DNA of 32,063 nt from Hyphochytrium catenoides (Eukaryota > Protista > Hyphochytriomycota). The stretch spans positions 1 to 32,063 of the forward strand of contig FLMG01000272.1 in assembly GCA_900088475.1 (NCBI GenBank). The letters are read 5' to 3'. Positions 1 to 12,500 of the stretch are shown piece after piece. The position numbers and the translations under genes are program-made. Each line of letters opens with the position of its first letter. Position 1 is the stretch's first letter. The notes under the pieces are model-generated. The model worked only from the letters and a program-made list of their open reading frames with translations. It was not told the origin of the DNA and searched no databases.

Positions 1-86
1 AGAGGGAGAGAAAGAGAGAGAACCTAGAGCATGGTAACTTGAGCTGTTCTGCAAGACTCTGAAATGGACAGGAGAGGGTTGCCTAC

Positions 87-1240
87 CTTAGGGGCAAGCG
101 AGTCTGTCCAGGTAAAAGGGATCTTTATACCGCTCTCGCTCACAGGGAACTTGACCTCTACCTGGCAGAGCTGACCATAGTATCTGAGATCATAACACGG
201 TGAGAGAGAAAAGGTTTTCTTAGAGAAAAGAGGCGAGAATGTCCGAGATGCGGCGGAATCGTAGGGATAAAGTCACAGTCAGGAGTAGGTTCAAAGGACC
301 GTAGACAGAGACAGGATGGCGGACCAGAAGTGTATGAAGAGGACTGAGTTAGACGAAGGAGAGAGGGAAAGGGAGAGGAGAAGAAGAGAGAAAAGGAGAA
401 GACATAGAGGAAAGAAAGACAGGGTGAGAAGGAAAATGGACAAACGACACAGAGAAAGAAAAGAGGAATGAGAGACAAGAGAGAGAGAGAGAGGGAAGAG
501 AATGAGAGGTAACAAGAATTTATCCCTCGAGTCTGGCGAGAGTGTCATTAACCTGAGAATAACGGCGTATGAGGTGGCTCCAGGGGCGGCCACGAGCATG
601 AAGTCACTTCGACTGCGCTTCAGCTCCTGAGGCAAGACAACATTAAGTTCTCATAGGTCTCACTTCAACCGTTGAGATTAACGATCCTTCGTATCTCTCT
701 CTCTCTCTCTGTCTCTCTCTGTGTATATGTGTCTCTCTCTCTCTGTGTATGTTCCTCTCTCTCTCTCTCTCTCCATATGTTTTTCTATCTCTCTATCTCT
801 CCCCCGACCAACCGAAACCTCTCTCACGTTCCTCTGTGTCTCTCTCTTTCTCTCCCGTCCGCGCATACGCCTTTCCCCTTCTCTCTCTATCTGTCTCGTT
901 CTCTCTTGCCTATATCTCTCTCCCTCGCACGCGCTCACTTTCCACCTTCTCCTCCTCTGTAACTGTCTTCTTTGCTCTCAAACTCCACCACTCTCTCCCT
1001 CCTTTTCACTAAACAACTCCGAAGACTCTCCCTCTCCTCTCTTTCTCCGTCTCTGTCTCTCACTCTCTCTCTCTCCTCTCCTTCGTCTCCTCACTATCTC
1101 CGATGCAATCTTCCGCGCGGTACCTGGAGGCTATTCTGATACTTCTGCTGCGTTTCCGCGCCAAAGGTAGCGCTAACATAGCTCCGCAGTGGAGCCTCCA
1201 GGTCTAGCGGTGTGGTCTGCTTGAGCTGCACCGCCAGCAT
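87..1240 (-). CDS. BRO1-domain protein (ALIX/Bro1/HD-PTP family), first three coding exons; gene continues beyond the left window edge
   Basis: Phase-consistent GT-AG exons 1240-1124, 626-553, 183-87 give MLAVQLKQTTPLDLEAPLRSYVSATFGAETQQKYQNSLQ-ELKRSRSDFMLVAAPGATSYAVIL-RYYGQLCQVEVKFPVSESGIKIPFTWTDSLAPK. This matches the BRO1 N-terminus (LK.T..DL..PL; L.RYY.QL...E.KFP; FTW.D). An acceptor AG 5 nt before the ATG implies a 5'UTR intron. Confidence 0.9.
350..1100. repeat. Intronic degenerate GA-rich (350-510) and CT-rich (690-1100) microsatellite tracts
   Basis: Directly visible imperfect (GA)n and (CT)n runs inside the two BRO1 introns. Confidence 0.9.
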
Positions 1241-1534
1241 CTTAGCTGTAGGAGAGAGATCAACGGATCTCTAGGAGAACGAAGCGGGCACAAAGGAAGT
1301 AATAGCAATGGAAGAAGAGAGAGAAGACCTACGGCAATAGACAGAGAGACCACTTGAAAAGCAGCGTGGCCCAGAGCTCAAGCAGCAAATGTTCAGCAAC
1401 GGCCCAGAGTAGAAGGGAACAGAGCGAAGCCCCAGGATCTCAATGCAACGAAGTGCCGATTGAGATAGAGAGAGAAAAGCGTTATGAGACTAGAGGATCT
1501 GTAGATACTCCGAAGATGCGATTCACAGATGACG

Positions 1535-1636
1535 GAGAGTCAGGAAGAGAGAGGGGAAAGAGAGGAAGGAGAGAGAGAGAGAGAGAGAGAAAGAGGAGAG
1601 AGACACAGAGACAGACAGAGAGACGGAGACAGACAC

Positions 1637-1668
<32 letters not shown>

Positions 1669-2162
1669 AAAAAGGAGAGAGAGAGAAGGATAGTGAGGAG
1701 GAGAAAGAGAGAGAGAGAGAGAGAGACAAGAGAGAGAGAGAGTTCAGAACGGTCAAGGCAAACATATCAGAATCAAGCTCCACAATCATCATCAACAGGA
1801 GATGTCTCACGCATACAAACACATGTCCGCTGCGACCCCAAACACAACCTCTTCCCCATAGAGCAACATATATTATAGCGCTGTTGATCTAAACTCATTA
1901 TCTAGCTGTCAAACCCATTGTCTCCTTACCTTAGCCTTCTCCAGGAGGAACTCTGGACCTGTAGGAAGGAGGGATCAGAATGAGAGAGCGCGAAAGGAAG
2001 GGAGAGTGCAGAGCGCGCGATGGAGAGAGAGAGAGAGAGAGAAAGAGAGCGCGCGCGAGAGAGAGAGAGAGAGAGACAGAGCGAGAGAGAGAGAGAGAGG
2101 GGGGGAGAGACACCGAGAGCGCGCGCGCGCGAGAGAGAGAGAGAGAGCGAGAGAGAGAGAGG

Positions 2163-2195
<33 letters not shown>

Positions 2196-2200
2196 TGTTT

Positions 2201-2231
<31 letters not shown>

Positions 2232-2238
2232 TGTTTGA
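1535..2238. repeat. Compound (GA)n microsatellites (1535-1741, 1981-2238) with embedded (GC)n cores
   Basis: Long GA runs, gcgcgcgc cores near 2049 and 2119, and a duplicated ...gagagaaagagagtgtttga end. Confidence 0.9.
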
Positions 2239-2549
2239 TGTAGTGTAAGAAGCTCCTCATTAAGAAGGCCGGGTGAGGTCATGTGGAAGGAGAGCTGAGC
2301 TAAGGTGTGGACAGTCGCTATTATCATAGAAATCTGGTGGGACGAGAGCAGGACGGAGCAGAGCCGAGCTGCGATCAAGGCAAGAGGCAATACTGTAGAG
2401 TATAAGGAGCTCGCCAGCGGCCATTACGATGATGGCATGGACCTCAGGAGCGAGAGGCATGAGCGGGAGGGCCAGGCAGTAGGATCAGAAAAAGCATACA
2501 TTATACCAAGGGCTATTGACCAAAGCAGAGGAGATAGTGGAGGTCCAGG

Positions 2550-2641
2550 ATAAGAGAGCTAAGTAGGAGGAAGAGAGAGAAAAGAGTAGGAGAGAGAGAG
2601 AGAGAGAAGCCCGAGCGAAGGACCGAGGAGAGTGAGGAGCC
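2550..2641. promoter_or_regulatory. Putative bidirectional promoter region (GA-rich) between the divergent BRO1 and POP genes
   Basis: Head-to-head gene arrangement with a GA tract just upstream of the POP ATG at 2642; positional inference only. Confidence 0.3.
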
Positions 2642-2817
2642 ATGGGAGGCTCTGCAGCTCTGCAGGTGCAACTTAGACGTTTGACACTCCAGAACTTGAG
2701 ATCAAGAAGGTAAGACCCCTTTCAATGGATATGTTAAGTGAGCCCTGGCCAAGTGAGATGAAGGGCGGAACTTCGTTCGCCTCTGTTTCATACTCCTCAC
2801 TACTTCTCTTGTTCTCT

Positions 2818-2855
<38 letters not shown>

Positions 2856-5800
2856 ACTCTATCTCTCTACCTCTACCCTTGCCTCTTGCTTGTGACTCTT
2901 TCCATCCCTCTGCTCTGTTCTCTTCTTTCTCTTTCTAGACAGCCTTACGCCTATAAAGTTCAGCCAACTCCGATCCGCTGTCTTCCGCTGGCATGTCTTG
3001 TCAACATGTCTCAACCTTTGACCGACACCACCGTCCCTCTGTCTCTCTCTCTCCCTTGCCTGTCCGGTTCTCCCATTCGGTTGTGGCCCTCTTTCCTCCT
3101 TGGTGAAGCAGATGGCCCTTGTGGCAGCGCGTCTCTCCTTGCCAAGCCCGCCGCTTTTCGTCTACTTCTTCTCTGCGCCAGACTCCGGAACCAGATGAAG
3201 CTGACACGCCGGTTATCCTCTACAAAGACTCTACTGAGGACGCGGAGAATCGGCCAGTCACCAAGGTGACAGACAGAGAATCGGCAGCTCGTGCTCTTGA
3301 GATCATCAAGAAGTTGCCTCCAGAGACAATCTTCGCTTGTGATACGGAGACAATTGACCTTGACGTCAAGACCCAGCGCCCTGTAGGCAATGGCAAGGTC
3401 ATCTGTGCCTCCATATTCGCGGGTGAGGACATAGACTTTGGCAATGGACCGCGACTCTGGGTGGATAATATGGACGATGCAGAGGGCCTGCTAATGGACT
3501 TCAGGTCTTTCAGATTATTTGGTTTGTTTGAGCCCCATAAGATTGTTCACAACGAGCCTCCGTAACCCTGTCCCGTAGAGACTTTTTCCAAGATCCTTCC
3601 CTCAAGAAAGTCTGGCATAACTATGGCTTTGACCGTCATGTCCTCTTTAACCACGATATTGATGCGAAGGGGTTTGCAGGCGATACGATGCACATGGCCA
3701 GGTGAGGGTGAGAGGAAGAGAACGAAGGGGAAAGAGAACCTGCCAAAGTGAACTACAGTCCTGGCCTGACATTCTCTATTGTCCGAGCACCCTTCCACAA
3801 CTCTTTCTCTTTTTCATTAGAGACGATGCATCAACCTTTCTCTTTCTTCGCTCTTCATGATCGCTTTCTCAAGATATATGCTTTCCTTTGCCTCCTACCT
3901 CAGACTGTGGGATACTAGCCGTCAGCAGCGTGGGGGCTATTCCCTAGAGCATCTCACTGCAGACCTGATTGGCATCAGGAAAGTTCCTATGAAAGAAAGA
4001 TTTGGGGTACCGAAGAAGAAAAAGGTAAACGGCTGGTTATATCGACAGGCTAGTACCTGGTCCCTTTCTCTTCTCGGCCATCTTCTCGCCCCAGCGCTTC
4101 CCAAAGGCTCTACCTCTACCCAGATATTAGATGTTGTTTCTGACATGATAACGTTAAGGGGCAAGGGAAGGTGGCGGCCGACGGGGAGATGAGCATGGAG
4201 TCAATGAGGATGACGCTGTGGCGTTGCTAAGTTCTTCTAACCCTCTTTGGTGCCCGATCCATATTTGGTTGCTGCATTTTGACAGGATGGCAGCGACGGG
4301 AAGGTCCTCCTGCTTCCGCCCTTAGATGAGTTGCAACGTGACTTGCGTACCAGAGATCTGTGGATTGACTATAGTTGCTTTGATGCGGAGAGTACTTGGC
4401 TCCTGCACGAGGTGCCCATCGTTCTGGCTCTGCATTTTCTCCTCTATCCAGTCTCATTTCTCTTCTATCCCTACTCCTCTCTGCCGGTCTCGTTCTCGCT
4501 CTTTGTGACTGTTTGTCTTCGCTTTCTCTCCTTTTTTTCTTTTCCTCTCTCTCTTAATTTGATGCACACATTCTCTCTCTCGCACCTTACCCTTTTTTCA
4601 CCTTTCCTTTCTCCCCAAACCGTTCTCTCTCTCTGTCTATCTCGCTCTTTCTCTCTCGCTCTTTCTCTCTCGCTCTTTCTCTCGCGCTCTTTCTCTCTGT
4701 ATCCTCGCTCTCGCGCACAGATACTCTTTTCTCTTTGTTATCTGTAAACGTGATTTCCACCTCTTAGAGGGCCAATCTAACAGTTTCTTTGTCTCAAACC
4801 CAGATGCTGAAGGCCAAACTCGAGGGGCAAGAATGGAATCCGGAGAAGGAAGGCTTCAGGACTATGTGAGTCGATCTTCGCGGTTCTCTCTCTCGTTTTA
4901 GACCTCTCTTGTATCTTCTCTTACAGTTTCGTTGAATGGGAGTTGACTCTTCTCTTCTCCCAGGTATGATTTCTATGTAAAGTATTATGTACCCTTTGGC
5001 GAGTGCCTAACGGACTTGGAGAGAGAGGGAATATTCGTCAACTTGCCTTATCTAAAGGAGAGACAGCTGGAGGCGGAGAAGGAACGGTAAGACTGTAAGA
5101 CAGAGATAACACGCACAAGTGTAGCCAGAAGAGAAAAAAGAGAGACAGACATTTTTGAAGACACTCCGACGTGCTGGGGGCGCCATCATCTCACGCTTTT
5201 GTCTTGTTGAAGTCTTATCTTCTCTGCTCACGTCTTTCAACTTCGGGTTACGCGCCACCAATGTTCTCACCTTTCTTTCGATACGTTGTAGACAGAAGCA
5301 TGAAGAGGTGTTCCTTCAGTGGGCCGGGGAAGTCTGTCCTCCCGACGGACGGCTGATGAACGTGGGCTCAGATGCGCAGAAGCAGACTCTTCTCTTTGCT
5401 CCATGCGCAAACGCAAAGACGAAGGCCTGGATGCCAGCATCCAGGGCGTTTAAGGTGGGTCCGGCAGGAGAGAGAGCCAGAGAGGTGGCGGCGTTTGGAG
5501 ATGTGACGTGATAGTACCAAGGAAAGAAGTAACTTAGTAGAAAGAGAGAGGTACCTTGACTGCTAGATCATGCTTGTACTTCAAGGGCCATTCCCTCACT
5601 TTCTGGGTACTGCGCTTTAACTCACAGATAGACAACCACGAAGGTATCATAGAGGAAGGCAAGACAAAGCCTAAGAAACAACGGGATATGATTTTAACAG
5701 GTGAGCGGTACCTATAATGTACCTAATGTTGGTTCTCTCTCCCGCCGTTTCCTTCTCTCTACGTTTCTCTTTTCAGCGCAAATCAGTTCTCTTTGTAGGA

Positions 5801-8276
5801 TTGACGCCTCTTGTTACCTGCAGGACTAGGTCTAAAATCTGTAGAATCTACGAGTAGTGGATGGCCAGCAGTCAGTGCCAAAGTCCTAAAGCAGTTGGCT
5901 GGAGAGGTAAGTATTCCTTTCTCTCTTCTTCTCCTCTCTCCCTCTCTCTTTGTCTCTCTTGCGCTTGCTCTTGACCTGCTCTATGTTCCTCCAGCCGTTT
6001 GCAAGCCCGCCAAAGTGGGGCCTCGCGTATTCCCAGCTAGGTGGAGGAGAGCGAGCGGAAAAGGCTTGCCGCGCCATCTTCTCTCTGGTCGAAATGAGCA
6101 GCATAGACACTATGCTGCAGACCTTCTTAATCCCACTGCAGGAGCTTGCAGACGACAGGGGAAGAGTTCATTGCTCACTAAATCTTAACACTGAGACGGG
6201 TAGACTATCTTCCAGACAGCCGAACCTACAAAATCAGGTGAGGACTGGATCTCATCATTTTCTTAGTTCCTACCGCGCTTGACTCTTCCCTCTATCTAAT
6301 CTTCCTTTAGCCTGCTTTGGAGAAAGACCGCTATAAGATCCGACAGGCCTTTATGGCAGAGGAGGGAAAGAAGCTGATTGTGGCAGACTATGGTCAACTG
6401 GAGCTCAGAGTGCTGGCGCACATCACTAACTGCAAATCTATGATCGAGGCTTTTAAGGTACGGGAACTGGTCAAGCAAGGCGAAGGAGAGCAGGGATAGA
6501 GTCCGAGATGTCAGAGGTTGGGGAAGAGAGGCGAATTAGTCTATGGCTCCTTTTCATAGCTCGCTACATCGCCCACCTCCTACTAACTAACAATTTAATG
6601 CCTCTCCTTGGTTGGTGAGCTCTGTTTTCTTACCTGTCCTCCACTTGCTCCTGACTGCTTATCGCTGTACTCACTGCTTCCTCGTGCTTCTACTCATTCT
6701 CAATCAGCTTGGTGGCGACTTCCATTCCCGTACCGCGATGGGGATGTACGAGTACATTGCAGAAGACATCAAATCTGGGCGAGTATTGTTAGAGTGGGAC
6801 GGTGCAAATGGTCCTCCTCCTGTCCCTCTGCTCAAGGACAAGTACGCTTCGGAAAGAAGGAAGGCAAAGGTTCTTAACTTCTCAATAGCGTATGGGAAGA
6901 CAGCACATGGACTTGCACAGGTTAGCAGCGAAGCCTCTGCGATATGCGTCAAAGTCCAAATGCTTATCTTTACCTTGATGTTCTTGGTCCACGCCATGGG
7001 AGCACGTCTTTGCATTCTTCATGATCTTCTGAGGGACAACCTGGACGCGTTCATCTATCTCTTCAACTTAGAGCTAACGTAGTCTTCCTCTCCTCACCAT
7101 TCGCAATGTCTTCCCATTGACTAGGACTTTGGCGTGCCAGTCACGGAGGCCCAGGGAACGGTGGATAAGTGGTACGCTGACCGTCCGGAGGTTAAGCGAT
7201 GGCAAGAGATGACTATTGCCCATGCCAACCAGTACGGGTAAGTGATGACAGTGAACGGTCAGAGTCTCAGGATTGACAGAGCCTCAGGAGCTAAGAGCTA
7301 CAATTACATTGGAGGGTGGGGAGGTATGAGTAACACAGAGATCCGGGGTGATGATCGGAGATTGTAGGGCACATGATAGTAACGGGTATCTCTTCTGTCA
7401 TCAATCCTTAAAGAGCACCTTAGCACGTACGTGGGCAGTGAAAGAACAACGGAGACAGGATGAGAGGAAGAGAAAAAGGAGGTTGCAGACCGTGCTAGAA
7501 AGGCCTTGTTCCTTGATCTCGTCCTCACCATGCACGAACGCTGACTGACAGGTACACTTACACCTTCATGAGAAGGCGACGGCATTTGCCTGATGCCATC
7601 ATCCGGAAAGGAGAGAAGAAGAAGGAACTTAGGACCAGGAAGGCAGCTCGGGGCCACAGTGAGAGAGCCGCTATCAACACGCCTATCCAGGTATAAAGCA
7701 GGGGATGCGGGTCTCTTTGGATAATGCTAACAGGGCGAAGGATTATACAGTAAGGGAAGGGAAGTAGGATAGGCTGGAGCTGCAATGTGAGGCAATGATG
7801 GAGAGAACGCTTTGCTTGCAAAACGGTAGAGCAAGAAAAAGAGGACATTTCTAGAGATTGCTAGTGGAGGTTCGCGTTGTTTACACGCAGCAGCTGGCTC
7901 TCTCTCTATTTTTATCGCTGTACACTTTCTCTCTGCTCTTCTGCTCTCCCTGCCTTTGCGTGCATGTGCATCTATCTCCGTCCAGCTATGTTCTTGCCCT
8001 CACATCTCACGCCCTGGACGCACATCGCAGGGAAGCGCTGCTGACATCGTTATGGCTGCCATGCTGAAGATTCGTCACAATCCTCGTCTCCGTTCTCTCG
8101 GGTGGCGGCTCCTGCTCCAGATCCACGATGAGGTCATCCTTGAAGGGCCAGAAGAGACAGCAGAAGAGGCTCTCAAGCTTGTAAGGGAGGACATGGAACG
8201 ACCCTTTGAGAACCCCTTGAGGGTGGACCTCGTCGTGGACGCAAAGATAGCCAAGACCTGGTATGAAGCGAAGTAA
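2642..8276 (+). CDS. POP: Plant/protist organellar DNA polymerase (POP; family A polymerase with 3'-5' exonuclease), ~811 aa, 16 exons
   Basis: Exons 2642-2709, 3112-3504, 3579-3701, 3904-4024, 4286-4411, 4804-4865, 4964-5086, 5292-5454, 5628-5700, 5824-5906, 5995-6237, 6311-6457, 6708-6920, 7125-7237, 7552-7690, 8031-8276 join in frame (2436 nt). Exonuclease motifs FACDTET, KKVWHNYGFDRHVL, YSCFDAEST. POP-typical DTMHMARLWD and QPALEKDRYKIRQAF. Pol motifs DYGQLELR, RRKAKVLNFSIAYG, QIHDEV; ends WYEAK. The Arg/Ser-rich N-terminus resembles a mitochondrial presequence; exon 1 is less certain. Confidence 0.96.
4641..4696. repeat. 14-bp minisatellite (CTCGCTCTTTCTCT) x4 in a POP intron
   Basis: Three exact copies and one single-mismatch copy. 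Confidence 0.85.
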
Positions 8277-9501
8277 CAACGCCTTGAAGAGAGGAAAGCT
8301 AGTCTGCTGCACCAGACAGAGTGGAAACGGGAAGACTCTCCTATTTATCATCCATCCTGTGATCGCCAAAGATGCCCTTGGGCGGAGGGACAGAGACCTC
8401 GGATGCGGGGTCTTTTTGGCAGGTCATGCTCTTCTCGTGACTTCGCTGTAGATGTTCCCCTCAACAAGTCATGACGTAGAAAGAAGCCACAGACCAGTGG
8501 CACTATAGCCAGAACTGGCTCCCAGGAGGTCAAAAGGCTCTGAAGCGTTTCAAGTACCAGTCGACGTGTCTGCTGTCGCTTAGAGGCCTTGCCAACGCTG
8601 AGCTCTTCTCCTTGGACTGTGAAAGCATGCCGTGTCCATGAAGCTTCCACAAGATATCTCGTTACCTCCTTACGATGGGCTTACCAGTACCTTTTTTTGT
8701 CGTCTCTAGATTTCTGTAGACGCTATTAGCGCCTCGGTTTATGTTGGGCTGGATTTCATAACTCGGTACCCACACGTATTGTATATGTATAAGTTGACAA
8801 AAAGCTCGCTGCCACATCTGTCACCCTTGGCTGCGCTACGGAAGCTCTACCTTTCCCTATACAGGTTTTCCCGTCTCTTGTGCCTGCCTAATCAGAGTTG
8901 GACAGGTCCCTTACCTATCGACTTTGCCCTTGACCTCCAAATCTCCGGTTTAGCTTATGCGCAATGAAGGGGAGGAATTGGGACTTTAAGAGAACGAACG
9001 ACCTTCCCGTGGTCACTTCCCTCGTAAAGCATCGCCTACACCTCCATTCAATGAACTCACATTGTTCACCACGGATCTGTGATCTGGCGAGTGCTCACTT
9101 CCATGCGAGGCCAGCGCCGCCAGGATTAGAGTTATTTGCATCTTACTATCACCCGTGGGCTTACTTGTTTGCCTCTATAGCTGAGTGTCTCCCATCATCG
9201 CTGCCAAGGATGCAGATCTCTTGCTGCCAAGCCAATGAGCCAATGAGTCAATGAGCTTCTGAAAAGCTTTGGAGCTCCGTAGTCTGCAGATTTTTTCGTC
9301 CTTGCTAGAGCCGCTAACCGCAATATAAACAGAGATATTCCTGATGTTGTTGATATTTGTGCTTCATAATTTTGATATGCACGTTCAAGGTTCTGATGCC
9401 GATTCGTCAGCAGCAAACGAAAAAAAGCTTCATCATCAATTCCGTTATTTCTGGAGATTTAGGCGAAGATTGAGGAGATCTGCAGATTCGATAAGCTCTG
9501 T

Positions 9502-12500
9502 ATGGCTGACCAAAGAGTGAAAAGAGATCTACGTGCGCTGCCGTCATTGGCCTCCTGGGAAGTGAAGCGTTCCGCATGTACTTATTTGCTTAGGTAAGGA
9601 CCAGCAGGAGCTTAATAGCAACGTTGCCCATGTAGAGGACATTAGGACCCGGCTCAGGACAAAAATGGAGCCATCCGCCTGCACCTCAAGCGCTGGGACG
9701 GCAAGGACCGCAAAAGCTGAAGCAGAGGATGACAGTAAGAAACTGGTGCCGAGGCGCTCACAAGGCCGTGTCAAGTTTCAAGAAATCCAGTTTATGGTAG
9801 TATTCCTGCTTGCTTAGCCTACTTTACCTACTTGAGGCTAACAAGTTGTTGCCATTTTCCTCTATTTGCCTTCGCTTTGCATCACTTGCTGTCTCATTTG
9901 GCTTTCATCTCCACCTCAGCTTCCAGTGCAGCTCTCTCCTGTGCGGATCAACAATCATGGCATTATCTCTGAGCTTTCCGAGGCGGCAGTTAGTGCCGTT
10001 TATCGATCAGATATCTCTGTGCCATTCTCTTTCCCTTTGCCATCGCTCATCACAGAGCTCGATGGAATCAGTGTGCTGCATTTAAGCTACCCTGAGATGA
10101 CAAAGCTCATGTCGGCGCTGGACCCGCCGTTCGCCATCAAGTTGGCCAGCCTCAAGGAGGACGAAGGACGGGAAGGTACGATGAGCTAAAAGCCAGAACG
10201 AGACAGCACCTGGGAGAAAGAGAAACAGAACAGGGAAGAGAGAGACGACAGTAGGCGGGGGCGAAGAAGGGAAGAGAATCAAGAAGACGATAAAGATAAA
10301 AATAGAGAAGAGAGAGATATGACAGACAGACAGAAGAAAAGAACAAAAGTACATGGCCGGCAGGACATATTGCCTGGGTGAGACGACAAGAGAGACGCAG
10401 AAGTCGCGGCCAATAAGAATGCACGGAGTGCTGTATCCATACGTAAGTTGAGGGCACTAAGTGACGATAAGTGGTCCTTCTGGGCGCATCAAGGTTATTC
10501 ATTGCTCAGGAAGCCTTTAATAATTGTGTTGCTCTTCTCTCTCCGTGGAAGATTCTTCATCTTCCTCGTCACTCCTGTCCCAGAGTATTGTTAAAGAAGG
10601 TTTTAGCTCTTGCTTCGTGTCTCATGAGAAAAGCTGGCGCAAGGTTTATGTGGTTCTATGGGACTCCGGGCAGCTTTCGCGTCATGAGTCGGAGAGCAAG
10701 AAGCTTGTCTCCTCTGGAGAGTCTTTGGATGTATGTGAACCTCGGACATGAGCGGATGGAACGAGTAGAGACAGTGGCGATAGAGAAAGGGAGAAAGGAC
10801 CCAAGAGAGAGACAGAGAGAGAAATAGAGAGAGATAGAGTAAGGGAAAACTCTAACTTGGACCTGAGATTGATGCCTTCAATATCTCTCATGGCCTCTAC
10901 TGTTTGAAAGTTGCACGTCACTTCTTGCCTTGGCATGACCTTATCATTTATTTCCCCAATTGTGGCCTTTCTTCGTCGTCTCTTACCAGCTGTATTTGCA
11001 GTTGCAGGACTATAAGCTGTTGACACGGGCAGAGCTGGTGGGCCTGACGCAGCAGGTACAGTGTACGAGTCATCTGCCCCTGTGGATCTAGGAAATGGAT
11101 TCAAGATCTCACTCTCTCCTCTTCTTTCCCTTGGGAACTTGTGCTGCTCATGCAAATACCAGCAGAAATTTTGAGAGTATTCTCCTTGTCTCTTGCCTTG
11201 GACTCATCACTTACTTGATGTCGTCTTGCCCTTGCTCATCGCTTACTTGTCGTCGTCTTGCCCGTGGGTAGTGCCGTTGATGATGGCATTGGTATCGCTT
11301 AAGACAAAGAACTTTCTGCCTTCTTCTCCGTAGGAAAGAACTCTTCAAATCCGCAACGTCTTTGGCCTTAAGGCCCTTGGTAACCCCAAGGAGTACCTCC
11401 TATTTGAGAGCATAGAAGGGGAGAAAGACGTGGTGAGTTGTGAAAGGGTCACCGTGACAGGCAACCGTCACCGGTACTCAACGATAAGTTCAGCCTTCTA
11501 TGAGCTATTCCTGCGGAGAAAGTGGAGGAAAAGGAGACGCGCGAAGGGGGGAAAACGACAAAGGGACTGGTAGAAGCACTATGTAGCTGCTACGGCTAGA
11601 TGCAAATGGCGGACAGCGGGCAGCAAAGTGAGGGGAAAAGAGCAAAGGGTATGTCTGTGTCTGTTGGAAAGGGGGATTCAGAGAGCCAGGGAAGAAGGGA
11701 TCCGAGCTGACGAGTTATTCTGACTGGAGTTCCGCTATACCTATAGGAGGAGTGGATGGTGGCTGTAAGCCTAATAGCATATCACATGCAGCGGGGCAGA
11801 TCCGACTCTCGCCGGTTAGTCACTCCCGTGCTCCTGCTTCTGAAGTCGAAATGTCTCGATTTAGCGTGCACCGTCACTCCATTGCCAGCTAATGTGTTTT
11901 CCTGCGGACAGTGACGACGACAGCAGATCTGGACCGAAAGTCCAATCACGAGCTTCTGAAGGTTACACTGCATCGCCTCCACTCCAACCCGCGTCAGCAG
12001 GGGACAAGGACCTATCTCCTCCTAGCCTGCCACTTTCCCCACCACCTGGAGAGACGGTGCCGAGCAAGCAGGAAGGAGTTTCTACGAATGCCCACATAGA
12101 CCCCGCCACCGTACTCGTCTCAGGTATCCTGGCCACTTTGGAGGTGCCAGCACCCTCAGATAGTGTCTTTCAGCAGGTCTTCTCGACTGCGAAGACATGG
12201 CTGAGGCGATATACCTGGAACGACTATTTCTATGGTAAGTTTAGAAGTTATTCCTGAGTTTGGCTCGCTTGCTCCCTGTTATTGCTACTTGTTTTCTTTC
12301 CAATCACTGGTCCCATGGCAGCCACTTCATCTATCCGGTTGCGTCGTTATCAAGGTATCTGCTGCGATGTACAATCCTCCTTTTCTGGATAGCCCCTGAT
12401 GACGTAGCTCTGCCGTCATCTTCACTGACCATTCCTTCATCGTTATCCTAACTGTACTAGTCCTAAGGAAGGACGGAACGTTGGAGTGGTTTAGAGCTCC

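Noticed and set aside
672-2390. Many ORFs rich in ER/RE or LS/SL repeats
   Set aside because: They are translations of (GA)n/(CT)n microsatellites in introns or leader sequence, not proteins.
8277-9500. Short ORFs between POP and the PH-domain gene
   Set aside because: No recognisable motif or consistent splice chain; likely UTR or intergenic.
11191-11263. ~32-bp repeat with CRISPR-like unit length
   Set aside because: Units are directly adjacent with no spacers, the context is a eukaryotic intron, and there are no cas genes.
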